A DNA stretch of 64,000 nt from Minisyncoccota bacterium. GTDB lineage: Bacteria; Patescibacteriota; Minisyncoccia; Phycocordibacterales; UBA5272. The notes below the pieces were generated by a model, which had not been told where the DNA came from, did not search any database, and worked only from the letters and a program-made list of their open reading frames with translations. Location of the stretch: contig JAGOQU010000001.1 of the NCBI GenBank assembly GCA_018063165.1, positions 130,330-194,329 on the forward strand, in the 5' to 3' direction. A program made the translations under genes and the position numbers. Shown here one piece after another: positions 1-10,509 of this stretch. Position 1 is the stretch's first letter; every line of letters begins with the position of its first letter.

Positions 1-538
1 GCATAGAAGCACTACCCGTTAGTGATGCAATACTTCCTCCGAGTACTGGACCAAGAATGAACCCAAGACCAACACCAACACCTATAAGACCAAAGTTTTT
101 TGCTCTATCTTTTGGTGCAGTAATATCGGCAATGGATGCTTGTGCGATACTGATATTTGCTCCAGCTAGTCCTGCTACTGCTCGTGAAATAAAAAGTAAC
201 CAGAGTGATGACATGAGAATACCAAAACCAAAAAAGAATTGAGATATAGCTAATATAGTGATACAAATACTTAGTAATTTTTTGCGACCATAAAGATCAG
301 AAAGTTCACCAAGTATTGGTGCTGCAATAAATGTCATAATACCAGCAAGTGCCGTAATGCCTCCAGCTATCAAAAATTGTTCTTTAACTGAATATCCAAA
401 AAGAAGAAAAGAAGGGGATGATGGATCAGTAAAAATTATTGGTAAAATAGGAATAATCATTCCAAAACCAATCATATCGAGAAGTATTGTAAAGAAAAGA
501 GGAAGAAGTGCTTTTTGTTTTAACATGTGTGTTAGCAT
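1..538 (-). CDS. MFS transporter, N-terminal part (the gene continues beyond the window start)
   Basis: My own minus-strand translation from the ATG at 538 gives MLTHMLKQKALLPLFFTILLDMIGFGMIIP...LGELSDLYGRKKLL...SRAVAGLAGANI...GLIGVGVGLGFILGP. These are MFS signature motifs (GxLxDxxGRKxxL and RAVAG). The ORF track omits it because it runs off the window edge. Confidence 0.6.
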   Translation of the reverse strand, partial: MLTHMLKQKALLPLFFTILLDMIGFGMIIPILPIIFTDPSSPSFLLFGYSVKEQFLIAGGITALAGIMTFIAAPILGELSDLYGRKKLLSICITILAISQFFFGFGILMSSLWLLFISRAVAGLAGANISIAQASIADITAPKDRAKNFGLIGVGVGLGFILGPVLGGSIASLTGSASM

Positions 539-576
539 AGCATATTTTGATATTCCCTAGTACACTTACAAGTATT

Positions 577-1650
577 ATGAAAAAGTTGCTGTCGTTGCAC
601 AGATATACAGCTCACACCACAACGATATTATTTTTTGTCGGTTTTATTTTTGATATTATATTTTTACCTGACATAACACATGCAATAACTAGGTATATAG
701 GTGCTCTGTATCTTATTGTTATTGCTTTCCTTATTATGTTTCGTGAATGGGTGATATCACGAAATACAGCAAGCACGCTTGAACAAAAAATATATTCATA
801 CGCCACATTTGGTGCGGCATATTTTTCTGGATCAGCATTATCGTTTATTTTTGTATATGCTTTACGCAGTTCCTCGTTTGTTGCTTCATGGCCATTATTT
901 GTTTTATTTATAGTATGTATTGCTGCAAATGAACTTGTTTCTACTCATGGTTTTCGTCTTGCTCTTGATGTTGGTGTTTTACTTATTGCTATTGTTTTTT
1001 ATGTTATTTTTAATACACCTTTATTAATGCAAGTTCAAAATGATACTATTTTTTTTATTAGTATTATTATTTCAATAGCAGTATCTCTTATATATCTATA
1101 TTTCCTTCAATTCACTTCTGAGTCAGCAAAACATGAAATAGCAAAATTATATGCTCTTGGTGTAGGTGTACCTATGTTTATTTGTATGCTTTATTTTTTA
1201 AATGTTATACCAGCTGTCCCTTTATCACTCAAAGAAAAAGGTATTTATCATTCTATTGTAAAGGATGTTGATGGAGTTTTTTTAGCATTAGGTGAGAAAG
1301 ATACAAGAATATTAAACACATATAGAACAAAGATACATCATATAAATGACATTAATTCTAAAGTATATTTTTTTTCTAGCATAGATACACCAGCAAAACT
1401 TACCGCACCTGTAAGTCATGTGTGGCAATATTATGATACTGTTACTGATACATGGAAAGATTCAACAGTGATATCTTTTGATATATATGGTGGAAGGGAA
1501 GAAGGGTATAGAGCATTTTCATATAAAGAAAATATAACAGAAGGGGTTTGGAGGGTTGTTGTGAAAATAGGCGAAAATCGTATAGTTGGTATACAAAAAT
1601 TTGAAGTTATTCGAGACAATTCTGTTCTTTTAGAATCATCTACTTTATAA
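577..1650 (+). CDS. Polytopic membrane protein with a C-terminal beta-rich soluble domain (possibly DUF2914-type)
   Basis: 367-aa ORF. About 6 hydrophobic helices are followed by a roughly 110-aa W/Y/G-rich soluble tail (SHVWQYYDTVTDTWKD...GVWRVVVKIGENRIVG). The start could be 547 or 577. It is divergent from the MFS gene. Confidence 0.5.
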   Translation: MKKLLSLHRYTAHTTTILFFVGFIFDIIFLPDITHAITRYIGALYLIVIAFLIMFREWVISRNTASTLEQKIYSYATFGAAYFSGSALSFIFVYALRSSSFVASWPLFVLFIVCIAANELVSTHGFRLALDVGVLLIAIVFYVIFNTPLLMQVQNDTIFFISIIISIAVSLIYLYFLQFTSESAKHEIAKLYALGVGVPMFICMLYFLNVIPAVPLSLKEKGIYHSIVKDVDGVFLALGEKDTRILNTYRTKIHHINDINSKVYFFSSIDTPAKLTAPVSHVWQYYDTVTDTWKDSTVISFDIYGGREEGYRAFSYKENITEGVWRVVVKIGENRIVGIQKFEVIRDNSVLLESSTL

Positions 1651-1656
1651 GTTTTT

Positions 1657-2277
1657 TTATTGAGTAGGTGTTGTCCATTCAGCTATTTTTGCAGCGTCTT
1701 GTTCAAGTTCATGAGCAAGTCTTAATTTTTTTTTATTTTCTTTTGGAACTATCTCTATAACTGGAGTGTCATAAATGTTTTCTGCAATATCCCATAGATT
1801 ATCTTCTCTTTCTATCCATTTGGTACCAAATTTTTTTATGTTAATTGGTTTTGTGTATCCAAGTAGAGTTTTTTCACCTGTATCCACTAAAAAGTATTCA
1901 TGAAAATATGACATTACTAACTCTCGTACATTTTTGTATACAGGATCACGGAAACGAAGAACATTGTGGTTGGTTTTACTTATAGCACCATAGTAGCCAT
2001 TCTCTTTATAGAGAACAATGATGTGGTCATAATCACTTAATTTAACTTTTAAACTTACAATTAGGGGTTGTTTTTTATTGAGCCAAAGACATACGCCAGC
2101 AAGAAGTGCAGCCTCGATGCAATGAGCTTTTTTTTCTTTAAGTACTCTTTTAGGAGACATGCAGGTTTCGCCATTTTCTTCTAAATTAAAAGAAATACTA
2201 TCCAAAAAATCTTGTATTTTGTGAGGCGTATTCAAACTTTTAAGAAACTGCTTTTCTTCTTTATTTAATTCTTTCAT
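1657..2277 (-). CDS. Hypothetical protein with a possible transglutaminase-like Cys/His fold
   Basis: 206-aa ORF with conserved-looking Cys (AHCIEAALLAGVCLW) and His (DHIIVLYKENGYYGAISKTNH) segments. The family was not recognised with certainty. Confidence 0.45.
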   Translation of the reverse strand: MKELNKEEKQFLKSLNTPHKIQDFLDSISFNLEENGETCMSPKRVLKEKKAHCIEAALLAGVCLWLNKKQPLIVSLKVKLSDYDHIIVLYKENGYYGAISKTNHNVLRFRDPVYKNVRELVMSYFHEYFLVDTGEKTLLGYTKPINIKKFGTKWIEREDNLWDIAENIYDTPVIEIVPKENKKKLRLAHELEQDAAKIAEWTTPTQ

Positions 2278-2278
2278 A

Positions 2279-3415
2279 TTATTTTTTTGAACATATTTTT
2301 ATAAGCTCCTCTATATCTTCTTTTTCTAATGAAGTATCTGTACCTTTATTAATCGCGTACATAATCGATGTGTCGCTTGTGGTGTGTCCTATACCAAGAG
2401 CATGACCAAGTTCATGTGTTAGAACACGATTTAGTTTTATTTCATTTGAAAATTGATAAATATATATTTTATTTTCTTGCCCACTATACAATCCTTCTGT
2501 AAACTTTTTGCGAGAAACTGCATTACTTGTTGCTACTTTTTCGTTAGCATATGCAACATATTTATTGTAAGCGTCTATTTTTTTATTGATTATTGATAAT
2601 TCTTGAGTAATAGTATCACGAAGTATTGTAAGCTCATCTGCGTCTTTTTGTAAAGATTCTTTTTCTTTGTTTAATTCATCAAATATATTTTTTGGAGCAC
2701 CTCCTTTTTCATTCCAGGAAGCAACACTGTCGTTATAAGCTTTTTGATGTATGTTATAGCTTTCAACTTTTTGAAGATATGTATTTTTATGTTCAGTGAA
2801 CTCTTTTTCCATAGCTTCATAGTCTCTTTTTAGTACTTCTGCAGCTTCTTTTGTGTTATTTATTTCCACACCATTTAAAACATTATTATCGGTTCTTTGC
2901 TGCCTCTCATCATATATAAGATGTATGCTTAGACTAGAAGATAATTGTTGTGGGTCATATATAAATAATTTTTTACCTACTGCGTTATTCCAGAGAGATG
3001 TAGATTCTTCTATTTTTTTTAAAAAATAATCTTTAGATATGTTGAATCTTGTATCAAAAGATCCAAGTGTATAGTAAATAGGAGTATTACAAGGATTGCT
3101 TCTTCGTGAGTATGTTGCATGATCATAATCTTCTTCAATGGTTTCTTGTTCAGTTTTAGGGGCGATATGTGTTGAAGTTGCCAGTGTAAAAACCTGAGTA
3201 AACGTATCTTTTGTATTATTAATATCATCAGTTAGTTTTTCTTTTTTTGTTATTTCTTCTATCTGACTCACGTCTTTTTTTTGTACACTGTGAGTAACTA
3301 CCTGTGTGTTATTTTTTGATTCATCGTTAGTGAACGTTGAAACAACATTACTGTATAAAGCGAAGATAGAAATAACTATAATACTATATGCCTTTGTTAA
3401 TAGGGAAGATATCAT
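2279..3415 (-). CDS. Membrane-anchored metzincin (matrixin-like) zinc metalloprotease
   Basis: C-terminus carries HELGHALGIGH followed by the Met-turn SIMY. There is an N-terminal hydrophobic anchor and a central coiled-coil-like K/E-rich region. Confidence 0.75.
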   Translation of the reverse strand: MISSLLTKAYSIIVISIFALYSNVVSTFTNDESKNNTQVVTHSVQKKDVSQIEEITKKEKLTDDINNTKDTFTQVFTLATSTHIAPKTEQETIEEDYDHATYSRRSNPCNTPIYYTLGSFDTRFNISKDYFLKKIEESTSLWNNAVGKKLFIYDPQQLSSSLSIHLIYDERQQRTDNNVLNGVEINNTKEAAEVLKRDYEAMEKEFTEHKNTYLQKVESYNIHQKAYNDSVASWNEKGGAPKNIFDELNKEKESLQKDADELTILRDTITQELSIINKKIDAYNKYVAYANEKVATSNAVSRKKFTEGLYSGQENKIYIYQFSNEIKLNRVLTHELGHALGIGHTTSDTSIMYAINKGTDTSLEKEDIEELIKICSKK

Positions 3416-3451
3416 GGTGCATTCTTGGGTGTTTATTTCTTGATTACGTAG

Positions 3452-3679
3452 TTACTCTTCACTAAGCATTGTTGTATAAGAATTAACAACAGCTGGTCCT
3501 AAAAGTGCTATGCCAATCATAGGAAGTACAATAGCAAGTATCGTTACCCACATAGTAACAAGAAAATATTTTCTTGTTTTTTCTATCGAAGAATACATCG
3601 CGTCTAGCTTAGTAGCTTGTTCGTCTAGTTTATTTTTTATTTCTTGGTCCATATAAACAAGTATATAGTACTTTCTCAT
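3452..3679 (-). CDS. Small membrane protein
   Basis: 75-aa ORF with one C-terminal TM helix and no recognisable domain. Confidence 0.35.
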   Translation of the reverse strand: MRKYYILVYMDQEIKNKLDEQATKLDAMYSSIEKTRKYFLVTMWVTILAIVLPMIGIALLGPAVVNSYTTMLSEE

Positions 3680-3760
3680 TAAGAGTAAAGGTTATTTCTT
3701 GCAAGATATTCTATAAAAGAGTATTCTAACATCATTAGATACATATAATATATAACTACT

Positions 3761-4534
3761 ATGGAAACATTACGGGAATTGTTTAAAAATAATATTGTTG
3801 CTTTTGGTGTTGTTATTAGTTTTGCTTGGGTGGTAAGTTCTTTTGTTCTTGCTTCAGGCCTTTCAGGTATTAATAAGAGAGACACAATCAGTGTTACAGG
3901 AACTGCAGAACGTGTTGTAGATAGTGATGCTGCTAAATGGACATTTTCTGTTACTAGAAATGCTACACCAGAAGAGTATCCTGCTATGTCAAAACAAATT
4001 AAGGTTGATCAAGTTGTTGTTGAGAAGTATCTTCTTTCTCAAGGCATAGAAGCTAAAGATATAACGTTACAACCAGTCACTTCTAGTGTTGTATGTCAAT
4101 CACAAAGTCAAGTTATGTATGATGGGCAAGGACGTCAACAGTGTTCTGGTTATTTTACATATAGTATTAAGCAAATAATCACTGTTGATTCTTTAGATGT
4201 AAAAAAAATATATGACCTTTCTCTTAATACAGAAAATATTTTAATGCAAAAAGGTGTTCAAATACAGAATGGTTCAGTTGATTTTTTCTACACAAAATTA
4301 GCTGATCTTCGGGTAGATCTTCTTTCTATGGCATCAAAAAATGCAAAAGAAAGAGCTGTTGCTATAGCAAAAAGTACAGGAGACTCTATTGGAGGTGTTA
4401 AAGATGCTTCTCAGGGAGTCTTTCAGGTTACGCAAAAGAATAGTACTGATGTAAGTGATTACGGTAGTTATGATACATCAACAATAGAGAAAAAAGTAAC
4501 TGCCATTGTACGTGCTAGTTTTGAAGTAAAATAG
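3761..4534 (+). CDS. SIMPL/DUF541-domain protein (YggE-like periplasmic protein)
   Basis: N-terminal TM anchor followed by ISVTGTAERVVDSDAAKWTFSV... and a C-terminal ...VTAIVRASFEVK. This is the typical DUF541 architecture. Confidence 0.55.
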   Translation: METLRELFKNNIVAFGVVISFAWVVSSFVLASGLSGINKRDTISVTGTAERVVDSDAAKWTFSVTRNATPEEYPAMSKQIKVDQVVVEKYLLSQGIEAKDITLQPVTSSVVCQSQSQVMYDGQGRQQCSGYFTYSIKQIITVDSLDVKKIYDLSLNTENILMQKGVQIQNGSVDFFYTKLADLRVDLLSMASKNAKERAVAIAKSTGDSIGGVKDASQGVFQVTQKNSTDVSDYGSYDTSTIEKKVTAIVRASFEVK

Positions 4535-4535
4535 T

Positions 4536-5567
4536 TTATTTTTTGTAGACAGAGAGAACAGCAAACAAAATACTGATAATAAGAGGTCCGATAAAGATCC
4601 CAATTGGTCCAAAAAGTAGCATACCACCAAGAACTGAAAGTAAAATAAACAATGGGTGTAATTTTAGTTTGTTTCCGATTAATTTTGGTCCAAGTATGTT
4701 ATCTACTACACCTACTACACCTATTCCCCAAAGGAAGAGTAATAGTGATTCTGTTATGTTGTTTGTAATAAAAAGATAAGCAACGGCAGGAAGTATGATA
4801 ATAGATGTTCCTATTCTTGGTATAAGAGAAGCAACTATGGTAATAGTACCCCAAAGTATACTATTTGGTACACCAAAAAGAGCAAATCCTATAGTCGTTA
4901 AAACACCTTGAATAAAAGCTATTAAGAGGTTTCCTTTTACTATTGAATTAACTGCACCATGAAAACTCGAAATAAGTGTGTCATCATCTTCTTTATTAAG
5001 TGGACTTAATGATTCTATTTCTTTAATTAATTTTTTACCATCTTTAAGAAAATAATACAGTGAAATTAAAAAAATAAAGAAACTAAGAGCAACTTTTGAA
5101 ATACCTGAAAGAGCTGTACCAAGATGATCAATAATCCAAGAAAGTATTTGTTTTATATAAGCGTCTATATTGGCAGAAAGATTAGTAAAAAAGTCACCAC
5201 TTCCCGGAATGATACCATTTGAAAAAACACTTAAAGTATCAGTTAAAGAATAGATTATAGAGTGACGAGTATTTTCTTCTGTTAATGATGAGTAGAGTGT
5301 TAATGCTTGCTGAAAAAGAGTTTTTCCTATGAAAGAAAGTGGAACAACAATACATAAAATAGTGAAAATGATAGTTATCCAAGCAGAAAGTGAATCTCTG
5401 TTTTTCGTTTTTCTAAGTATGTAAGCATACAAAGGATACAGAACTATAGCACACACACCAGCTAATATTAGCGTTGAAAGAAAAGGTTTAAATATAAAAA
5501 AAGTGAGTATTAGTATACCTAAAAGGGTAAAAGCAAGAAATTGTTTTTGTGTTTTATTTGTTTCCAT
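4536..5567 (-). CDS. AI-2E family transporter (PerM/TqsA-like)
   Basis: 343-aa, about 8-TM protein with the characteristic C-terminal segment FHGAVNSIVKGNLLIAFIQGVLTTIGFALFGVPNSILWGTITIVASLIP. Confidence 0.8.
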   Translation of the reverse strand: METNKTQKQFLAFTLLGILILTFFIFKPFLSTLILAGVCAIVLYPLYAYILRKTKNRDSLSAWITIIFTILCIVVPLSFIGKTLFQQALTLYSSLTEENTRHSIIYSLTDTLSVFSNGIIPGSGDFFTNLSANIDAYIKQILSWIIDHLGTALSGISKVALSFFIFLISLYYFLKDGKKLIKEIESLSPLNKEDDDTLISSFHGAVNSIVKGNLLIAFIQGVLTTIGFALFGVPNSILWGTITIVASLIPRIGTSIIILPAVAYLFITNNITESLLLFLWGIGVVGVVDNILGPKLIGNKLKLHPLFILLSVLGGMLLFGPIGIFIGPLIISILFAVLSVYKK

Positions 5568-5623
5568 AATTACACTATATACTAAATAGAGACTTTATCA
5601 AATATTTTTTTAGAATAAAAATT

Positions 5624-5854
5624 CTAGTATCGTTTTTGTTTTTTAGATGTTGCTATATATAATTCTTCTACTTTTTTTCTAGCCCAAGGGGTTCTTCTCA
5701 AAAATACTAAACTAGACGCTATGCTCGGGTTACTTGTAAAACAGTTAATCTTGATTTCTTCTCCGAGTTCTTCAAAACCATATTCAGTAACAAGTTCTTC
5801 TAGTATTGTTTTAAGTGTTTTTCCATATAGTGGGTCATTTGTATGGGTGTTCAT
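5624..5854 (-). CDS. DUF2132 (VF530-like) small helical protein
   Basis: YGKTLKTILEELVTEYGFEELGEEIKINCFTSNPSIASSLVFLRRTPWARKKVEELYI matches the DUF2132 pattern. The start was moved to the internal Met at 5854 to avoid overlap with the upstream gene. Confidence 0.5.
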   Translation of the reverse strand: MNTHTNDPLYGKTLKTILEELVTEYGFEELGEEIKINCFTSNPSIASSLVFLRRTPWARKKVEELYIATSKKQKRY

Positions 5855-5864
5855 ACTGTTTAAA

Positions 5865-6416
5865 TTATTTAAATGAGTCTTTGATTGTATTAGTCTGTTC
5901 GTTGTAATATATATAAGCACTTTTACCAATAGAAGAATTGACTACCATAGACTCTCCTTCATTTCTGTCTGCGTAATTATATATAGTTACACCTTGTTGT
6001 AAAAGTATGGTCTGTGGTGCTATTCTGTCACCTAAAAAAATTGCATTAGTAGAAATATATGAAGTTCCAGATGCTATAGCAAGTACAGCATAATAAAATG
6101 TGCCACTGCCACCATTATTATTAACAAGTAAAACAGCTGCACCAGGCACACCTTTTTCACCAAAAATACCATATACAGGCTCTCCAAATAGTGAAAGTGT
6201 ATTTTTTGTAGCAGATTCTGGAGTTATTTCTTTAGACGCTTTTCCTTCTTTTAATACAAATAGTTCACTATCTATTATGTATGCTATGTTTTTTGGATCA
6301 TTTTTCATTAATATGTCACCTGCGTCTGTAAAATTAAAACGATATATTCCAGCTATAATAATAGATATTACAGTAACAAGTATACAATAGAATACAATTC
6401 GTATAGTTTTTTTCAT
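5865..6416 (-). CDS. Membrane-anchored hypothetical protein
   Basis: Signal-anchor MKKTIRIVFYCILVTVISIIIAG followed by a G/S/T-rich soluble domain. Start placed at the internal Met. Confidence 0.45.
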   Translation of the reverse strand: MKKTIRIVFYCILVTVISIIIAGIYRFNFTDAGDILMKNDPKNIAYIIDSELFVLKEGKASKEITPESATKNTLSLFGEPVYGIFGEKGVPGAAVLLVNNNGGSGTFYYAVLAIASGTSYISTNAIFLGDRIAPQTILLQQGVTIYNYADRNEGESMVVNSSIGKSAYIYYNEQTNTIKDSFK

Positions 6417-6515
6417 GATTAGTATAGTATACATCAAAATGTCTCTATATTTTTTTGTTTTTCCTTTACTAATTCTTTTACTTTTGAGATACTGTATGTA
6501 TAAATAAATTTTACT

Positions 6516-8219
6516 ATGGTAAAAAATACACAATCACCAAAATATATTTTTGTTGTTGGTGGTGTTATCTCTGGTGTAGGAAAAGGAATTACCGCATCTT
6601 CTATTGCAAAGATTCTTCAAAATAGAGGTCAAATTGTTACTTCGATCAAAATAGATCCATATGTTAATGTTGATGCAGGAACAATGAATCCAACAGAGCA
6701 CGGAGAAGTATTTGTTCTTGATGATGGTTATGAGACAGATCAAGATATGGGTAATTATGAACGTTTTCTTAATATCACATTACCAAGTGATAACTATATG
6801 ACAACAGGTAGGGTATACCAGAGCGTTATAGAAAAAGAACGTAGTATGTTTTATAAGGGTAACTGTGTACAAGTTGTGCCACATGTACCTATGGAAGTGA
6901 TAACACGAATTAAAACAGCACAAAAGAAAACAAACGCAGATGTTGTTGTGATAGAGATCGGGGGTACTGTAGGAGAATATGAAAATATTCTTTTCTTGGA
7001 AGCTGCTCGTATGATGAAAACAGAGAAACCAAATGATGTTGCTTGTGTTGTTGTGTCGTACCTTCCTATTCCTTTTGCTGTAGGAGAGATGAAAACAAAA
7101 CCAACACAGCATGCAGTAAGAACACTTCAGTCTTCAGGTCTTTGGCCGGATATGATTATTGCGAGAAGTGCATTACCACTTGATGATAAACGAAAAGAAA
7201 AGCTAGCTTTTTTTTGTAATGTAAAAAAGGAACATATTATTTCTGCCCCCGATGTTAAAAGTATTTATGATGTACCTGTTAATTTTGAAAAAGAACATGT
7301 AGGAGATATTATTTCTGAAATACTTGGAATAAACACTGGTACTGTATCTGTTGAAAAAAAAGCATTAGGAGAACAATCTAAAAAAGATTGGGAACTTTTT
7401 GTAAAACGTGCAAACACTGTTAAAAATGAAATAAAAATAGCTATTGTAGGAAAGTATTTTGATACAGGAGATTTTGTTTTATCTGATGCATATTTGTCGG
7501 TAATAGAAGCTATAAAACATGCATCATATGCACAAAATAAAAAACCAATTATCACATGGGTAAATTCTGGAGATTTTGAAATAAGTGACACACAAAAGCA
7601 TTCCGATGTTGTAAAAAAATTAAAATCACTTAATGATTATGATGGAGTTCTTGTTCCTGGTGGTTTTGGCTCACGTGGTATACAGGGAAAAATTGAAGCA
7701 ATTAAATATGTTCGCGAACATAAGATTCCTTATCTTGGACTTTGTTATGGTATGCAATTAGCTGTTATTGAATTTGCTCAGCATGTTGTAGGTATAGCGG
7801 GTGCAACATCAAAAGAGTTAGATGAACATGCAAAGGATCAAGTTATTACTATAATGGAATCACAAAAAGAAACAATTAAACATGCAAAATATGGAGGTAG
7901 TATGCGTCTTGGTGCGTATGATGCAAAACTAAAAAAAGGGAGTTTGGTTGCTGGATTGTATAATTCGCTTCATGTAAGCGAAAGGCATCGTCACCGTTAC
8001 GAAGTAAATAATAAGTATGTAAGTGAATTAGAAAAAGCTGGTTTAGTTTTTTCAGGTACATCACCTGATGGTTCTCTTATGGAATACATTGAACTTCCAA
8101 AAAAAGTGCATCCATTTTTTGTGGGTACACAAGCGCATCCAGAATTTAAATCACATCCAACTTCGCCACATCCTCTTTTTATTGGTTTTATACAAGCATC
8201 AAGCAAAAAAAGAAATTAA
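6516..8219 (+). CDS. pyrG: CTP synthase
   Basis: N-terminal synthetase motif FVVGGVISGVGKGITASSIA and a glutamine amidotransferase domain with GLCYGMQ and HPEF. 567 aa. Confidence 0.97.
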   Translation: MVKNTQSPKYIFVVGGVISGVGKGITASSIAKILQNRGQIVTSIKIDPYVNVDAGTMNPTEHGEVFVLDDGYETDQDMGNYERFLNITLPSDNYMTTGRVYQSVIEKERSMFYKGNCVQVVPHVPMEVITRIKTAQKKTNADVVVIEIGGTVGEYENILFLEAARMMKTEKPNDVACVVVSYLPIPFAVGEMKTKPTQHAVRTLQSSGLWPDMIIARSALPLDDKRKEKLAFFCNVKKEHIISAPDVKSIYDVPVNFEKEHVGDIISEILGINTGTVSVEKKALGEQSKKDWELFVKRANTVKNEIKIAIVGKYFDTGDFVLSDAYLSVIEAIKHASYAQNKKPIITWVNSGDFEISDTQKHSDVVKKLKSLNDYDGVLVPGGFGSRGIQGKIEAIKYVREHKIPYLGLCYGMQLAVIEFAQHVVGIAGATSKELDEHAKDQVITIMESQKETIKHAKYGGSMRLGAYDAKLKKGSLVAGLYNSLHVSERHRHRYEVNNKYVSELEKAGLVFSGTSPDGSLMEYIELPKKVHPFFVGTQAHPEFKSHPTSPHPLFIGFIQASSKKRN

Positions 8220-8225
8220 TTTTTT

Positions 8226-9704
8226 CTATTGTGTATTAAGTATATTTCTAGAGTCTTCTTTAAGAATACCTGTAACATGAATACCATTATGTTTTTGCCA
8301 TTTCTTTAAAGCTTCTTGTGTCATAAAACCAAAATAACCTGTTATCTTTGTATTAAGAAAACCAGTATCATTAAGTATTTTTTGTAATGCAATAACTTGT
8401 TCACCTTCATCCCCAATAGAAATATCTTTAGTGAAAATAAGAGTGGTGGCTCCGAGTACCAAACCTTTACCAGCATCTTTTTTGTCTCGCTGTGTTAATA
8501 CTGTTGTTGTGGATATTTCTGTAAAAGAATTATGTGAAAGAATTGTATTGTGTGAATTTCTACTTACAGCAATAGGAGCATTTTTTGAAATAACAGTATT
8601 ATCTGTAAGTATAGTATTGTTAGATCCTTGTGTGTCTCCATCTAGTTCTATTGCAGAAATAGTGTGTAAAGTTTTTGTTGTATAAGAAATAGTGTTCTGG
8701 GAAAATATGTTATTGCTACTTTCCCAAGAATAAAAAGCATTTTCTATAGTATCTACTATTTTATTTTTTATATAGGTATTGTTATTTGTATAACTAGTCC
8801 ATATACCAACAAGTCCACCAGTGATAGTATTTCCTTTAATTATATTTTCTACAGCAGGATATCTTTTGTCATTATAATCACTCACCATGACACCAGCTTT
8901 TGTACTAGTGTTTCCTTCTAAAGTATTATTGGCTACTGTTGTTTTTGATGCTTGTTTTATATTTATACCAGCTTGATTATTAAGTAATGTGTTATTAACA
9001 ATAAACACATTTTTTGTATGATGTATGAGAATGCCCGTTGCCCATATACTAGATGTACCTATAAATAAATGATTTGAAATAGTGTTGTTACTTATGGTGG
9101 CTTGATTGTCTTCCGATATTTGTATTCCATTTTGCGGCATTACATTCTTTTTTCCGTTTCCTACTAGTATATTATTATTAATTGCACCTGATACACCGCC
9201 ATATCCAGGAAAAAGTGTTGGACCATAGGTTATGCCATTTTTTTGATATTCTTGTATTGTATTATTTTCTATACGAACATTTGCATCAGAAAGGACGTTG
9301 ATACCACTTAATCCTTTTGTGATTATAAGATTACGAATAGTGACTGTTGGTTTTGATTCATCTCCTTCTATAGTAATAGTCGCTAATGTACTACTTGCTT
9401 CACCACGTATATCTGGTGATTTTTTTGATGCACCTGTAGAAGGTATGACTCCTTCACCTATTAGAGTTAATGATTTTTTAATAAGAATATTTTCTTTATA
9501 TATTCCTTGTTCAATATAAACTGTTCCACCATTTTCAACATAGTCAATTGCTTCTTGTATAGTGTTAAAAATAGTAGAAGTTGATGTGTGATATGTTTTG
9601 TTTTGTGTGTTTTGTCGTCTTACATATACTGTAGTTGCAGAAAAGGCAAAATCATAACTGATACAAAGAAAAGCAAGGAATAAATAAAAAAGTTTTTTGT
9701 TCAT
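8226..9704 (-). CDS. Secreted right-handed beta-helix repeat protein with a C-terminal peptidoglycan-binding domain
   Basis: Signal peptide MNKKLFYLFLAFLCISYDFAFS. Many NxT/NNT-type parallel beta-helix repeats. The C-terminal PG_binding_1-like segment is GDEGEQVIALQKILNDTGFLNTKITGYFGFMTQEALKKWQ. Confidence 0.7.
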   Translation of the reverse strand: MNKKLFYLFLAFLCISYDFAFSATTVYVRRQNTQNKTYHTSTSTIFNTIQEAIDYVENGGTVYIEQGIYKENILIKKSLTLIGEGVIPSTGASKKSPDIRGEASSTLATITIEGDESKPTVTIRNLIITKGLSGINVLSDANVRIENNTIQEYQKNGITYGPTLFPGYGGVSGAINNNILVGNGKKNVMPQNGIQISEDNQATISNNTISNHLFIGTSSIWATGILIHHTKNVFIVNNTLLNNQAGINIKQASKTTVANNTLEGNTSTKAGVMVSDYNDKRYPAVENIIKGNTITGGLVGIWTSYTNNNTYIKNKIVDTIENAFYSWESSNNIFSQNTISYTTKTLHTISAIELDGDTQGSNNTILTDNTVISKNAPIAVSRNSHNTILSHNSFTEISTTTVLTQRDKKDAGKGLVLGATTLIFTKDISIGDEGEQVIALQKILNDTGFLNTKITGYFGFMTQEALKKWQKHNGIHVTGILKEDSRNILNTQ

Positions 9705-9835
9705 AGAGAAGGGTAATATATTCTTATTCTATATGTATCTATGTTGTTGTCAATAATGTTAATATTTATTGACAAAAGTATAAAAAAATTTTAGTATAAA
9801 AATGCCCATTAAACACGTTCTTAAAAGGAAAAGAA

Positions 9836-10360
9836 ATGAATAAAGATTTTTTATCTTTTATTGGAGAAAAATTATTTGGTTTAAGAGTTATAATGTCGTT
9901 CTTTTTTGTAGGTTTAATCGTTGTTATTTTTGCTATTCTTTGGAAATTTTGTTTAGAAATAGGGCATCTTGTTTATGCTTTATTTGATAAAGAACTTGAG
10001 AAAACTGTTCTTATTATAAAAGTTCTTGAATTGGTTGATATGACAATGGTTGCTCAGCTTGTATGGGTTGTGGCACTTGCCGGTTTTTCTCTTTTTGTTA
10101 CTTCTGAACATTTTGACAAGAATAAAGAAATTTCAAAACCAGACTGGCTTGATCATGTAAATACTTACAACCTCAAACTTAAACTTGCATTTGCAATGAT
10201 AGCGATTTCTGGTGTTCACGCACTTAAAACATATTTGCAAGGAGGGGTTCCGTATGTAGAGATGATTGTTGTTGTGTGTATTCATTTTTTGTTTGTTCTT
10301 TCTGCTGTAGGAATTTCTTTTGCTGAGTATTTAACAAGAAAAGGTGATACCTCTAAGTAA
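9836..10360 (+). CDS. UPF0114 (YqhA) family membrane protein
   Basis: The N-terminus, LFGLRVIMSFFFVGLIVVIFAILWKFCLEIGHLVYALF, matches the YqhA-family consensus (SRWLLAPIYLGLSLAL...KFFQE). About 4 TM helices, 174 aa. Confidence 0.55.
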   Translation: MNKDFLSFIGEKLFGLRVIMSFFFVGLIVVIFAILWKFCLEIGHLVYALFDKELEKTVLIIKVLELVDMTMVAQLVWVVALAGFSLFVTSEHFDKNKEISKPDWLDHVNTYNLKLKLAFAMIAISGVHALKTYLQGGVPYVEMIVVVCIHFLFVLSAVGISFAEYLTRKGDTSK

Positions 10361-10391
10361 TATATAAAAGACACTATTTAATTATTTTTTT

Positions 10392-10425
10392 AAAACAGCA
10401 TCTTATGTAGATGTTGTTTTTTTAT
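10392..10425 (+). terminator. Rho-independent terminator
   Basis: Hairpin AACAGCATCTtatgtAGATGTTGTT followed by a T-run. Confidence 0.5.
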
Positions 10426-10509
10426 TTAAAATTAAAAAAGGAGAGTTATTTACATACTAAACGAAATAATAAGTATAAGATTGTTGGTATTATTGATATA
10501 CTTATATGT

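Noticed and set aside
6100-6390. 96-aa plus-strand ORF
   Set aside because: It lies entirely antisense within the 5865-6416 membrane-protein gene, has low-complexity composition and no RBS. It is a shadow ORF.
6534-8206. Several minus-strand ORFs (6534-6743, 6780-7112, 7265-7591, 7876-8064, 7997-8206)
   Set aside because: All are antisense to the unambiguous pyrG gene. They are AT-rich genome shadow ORFs.
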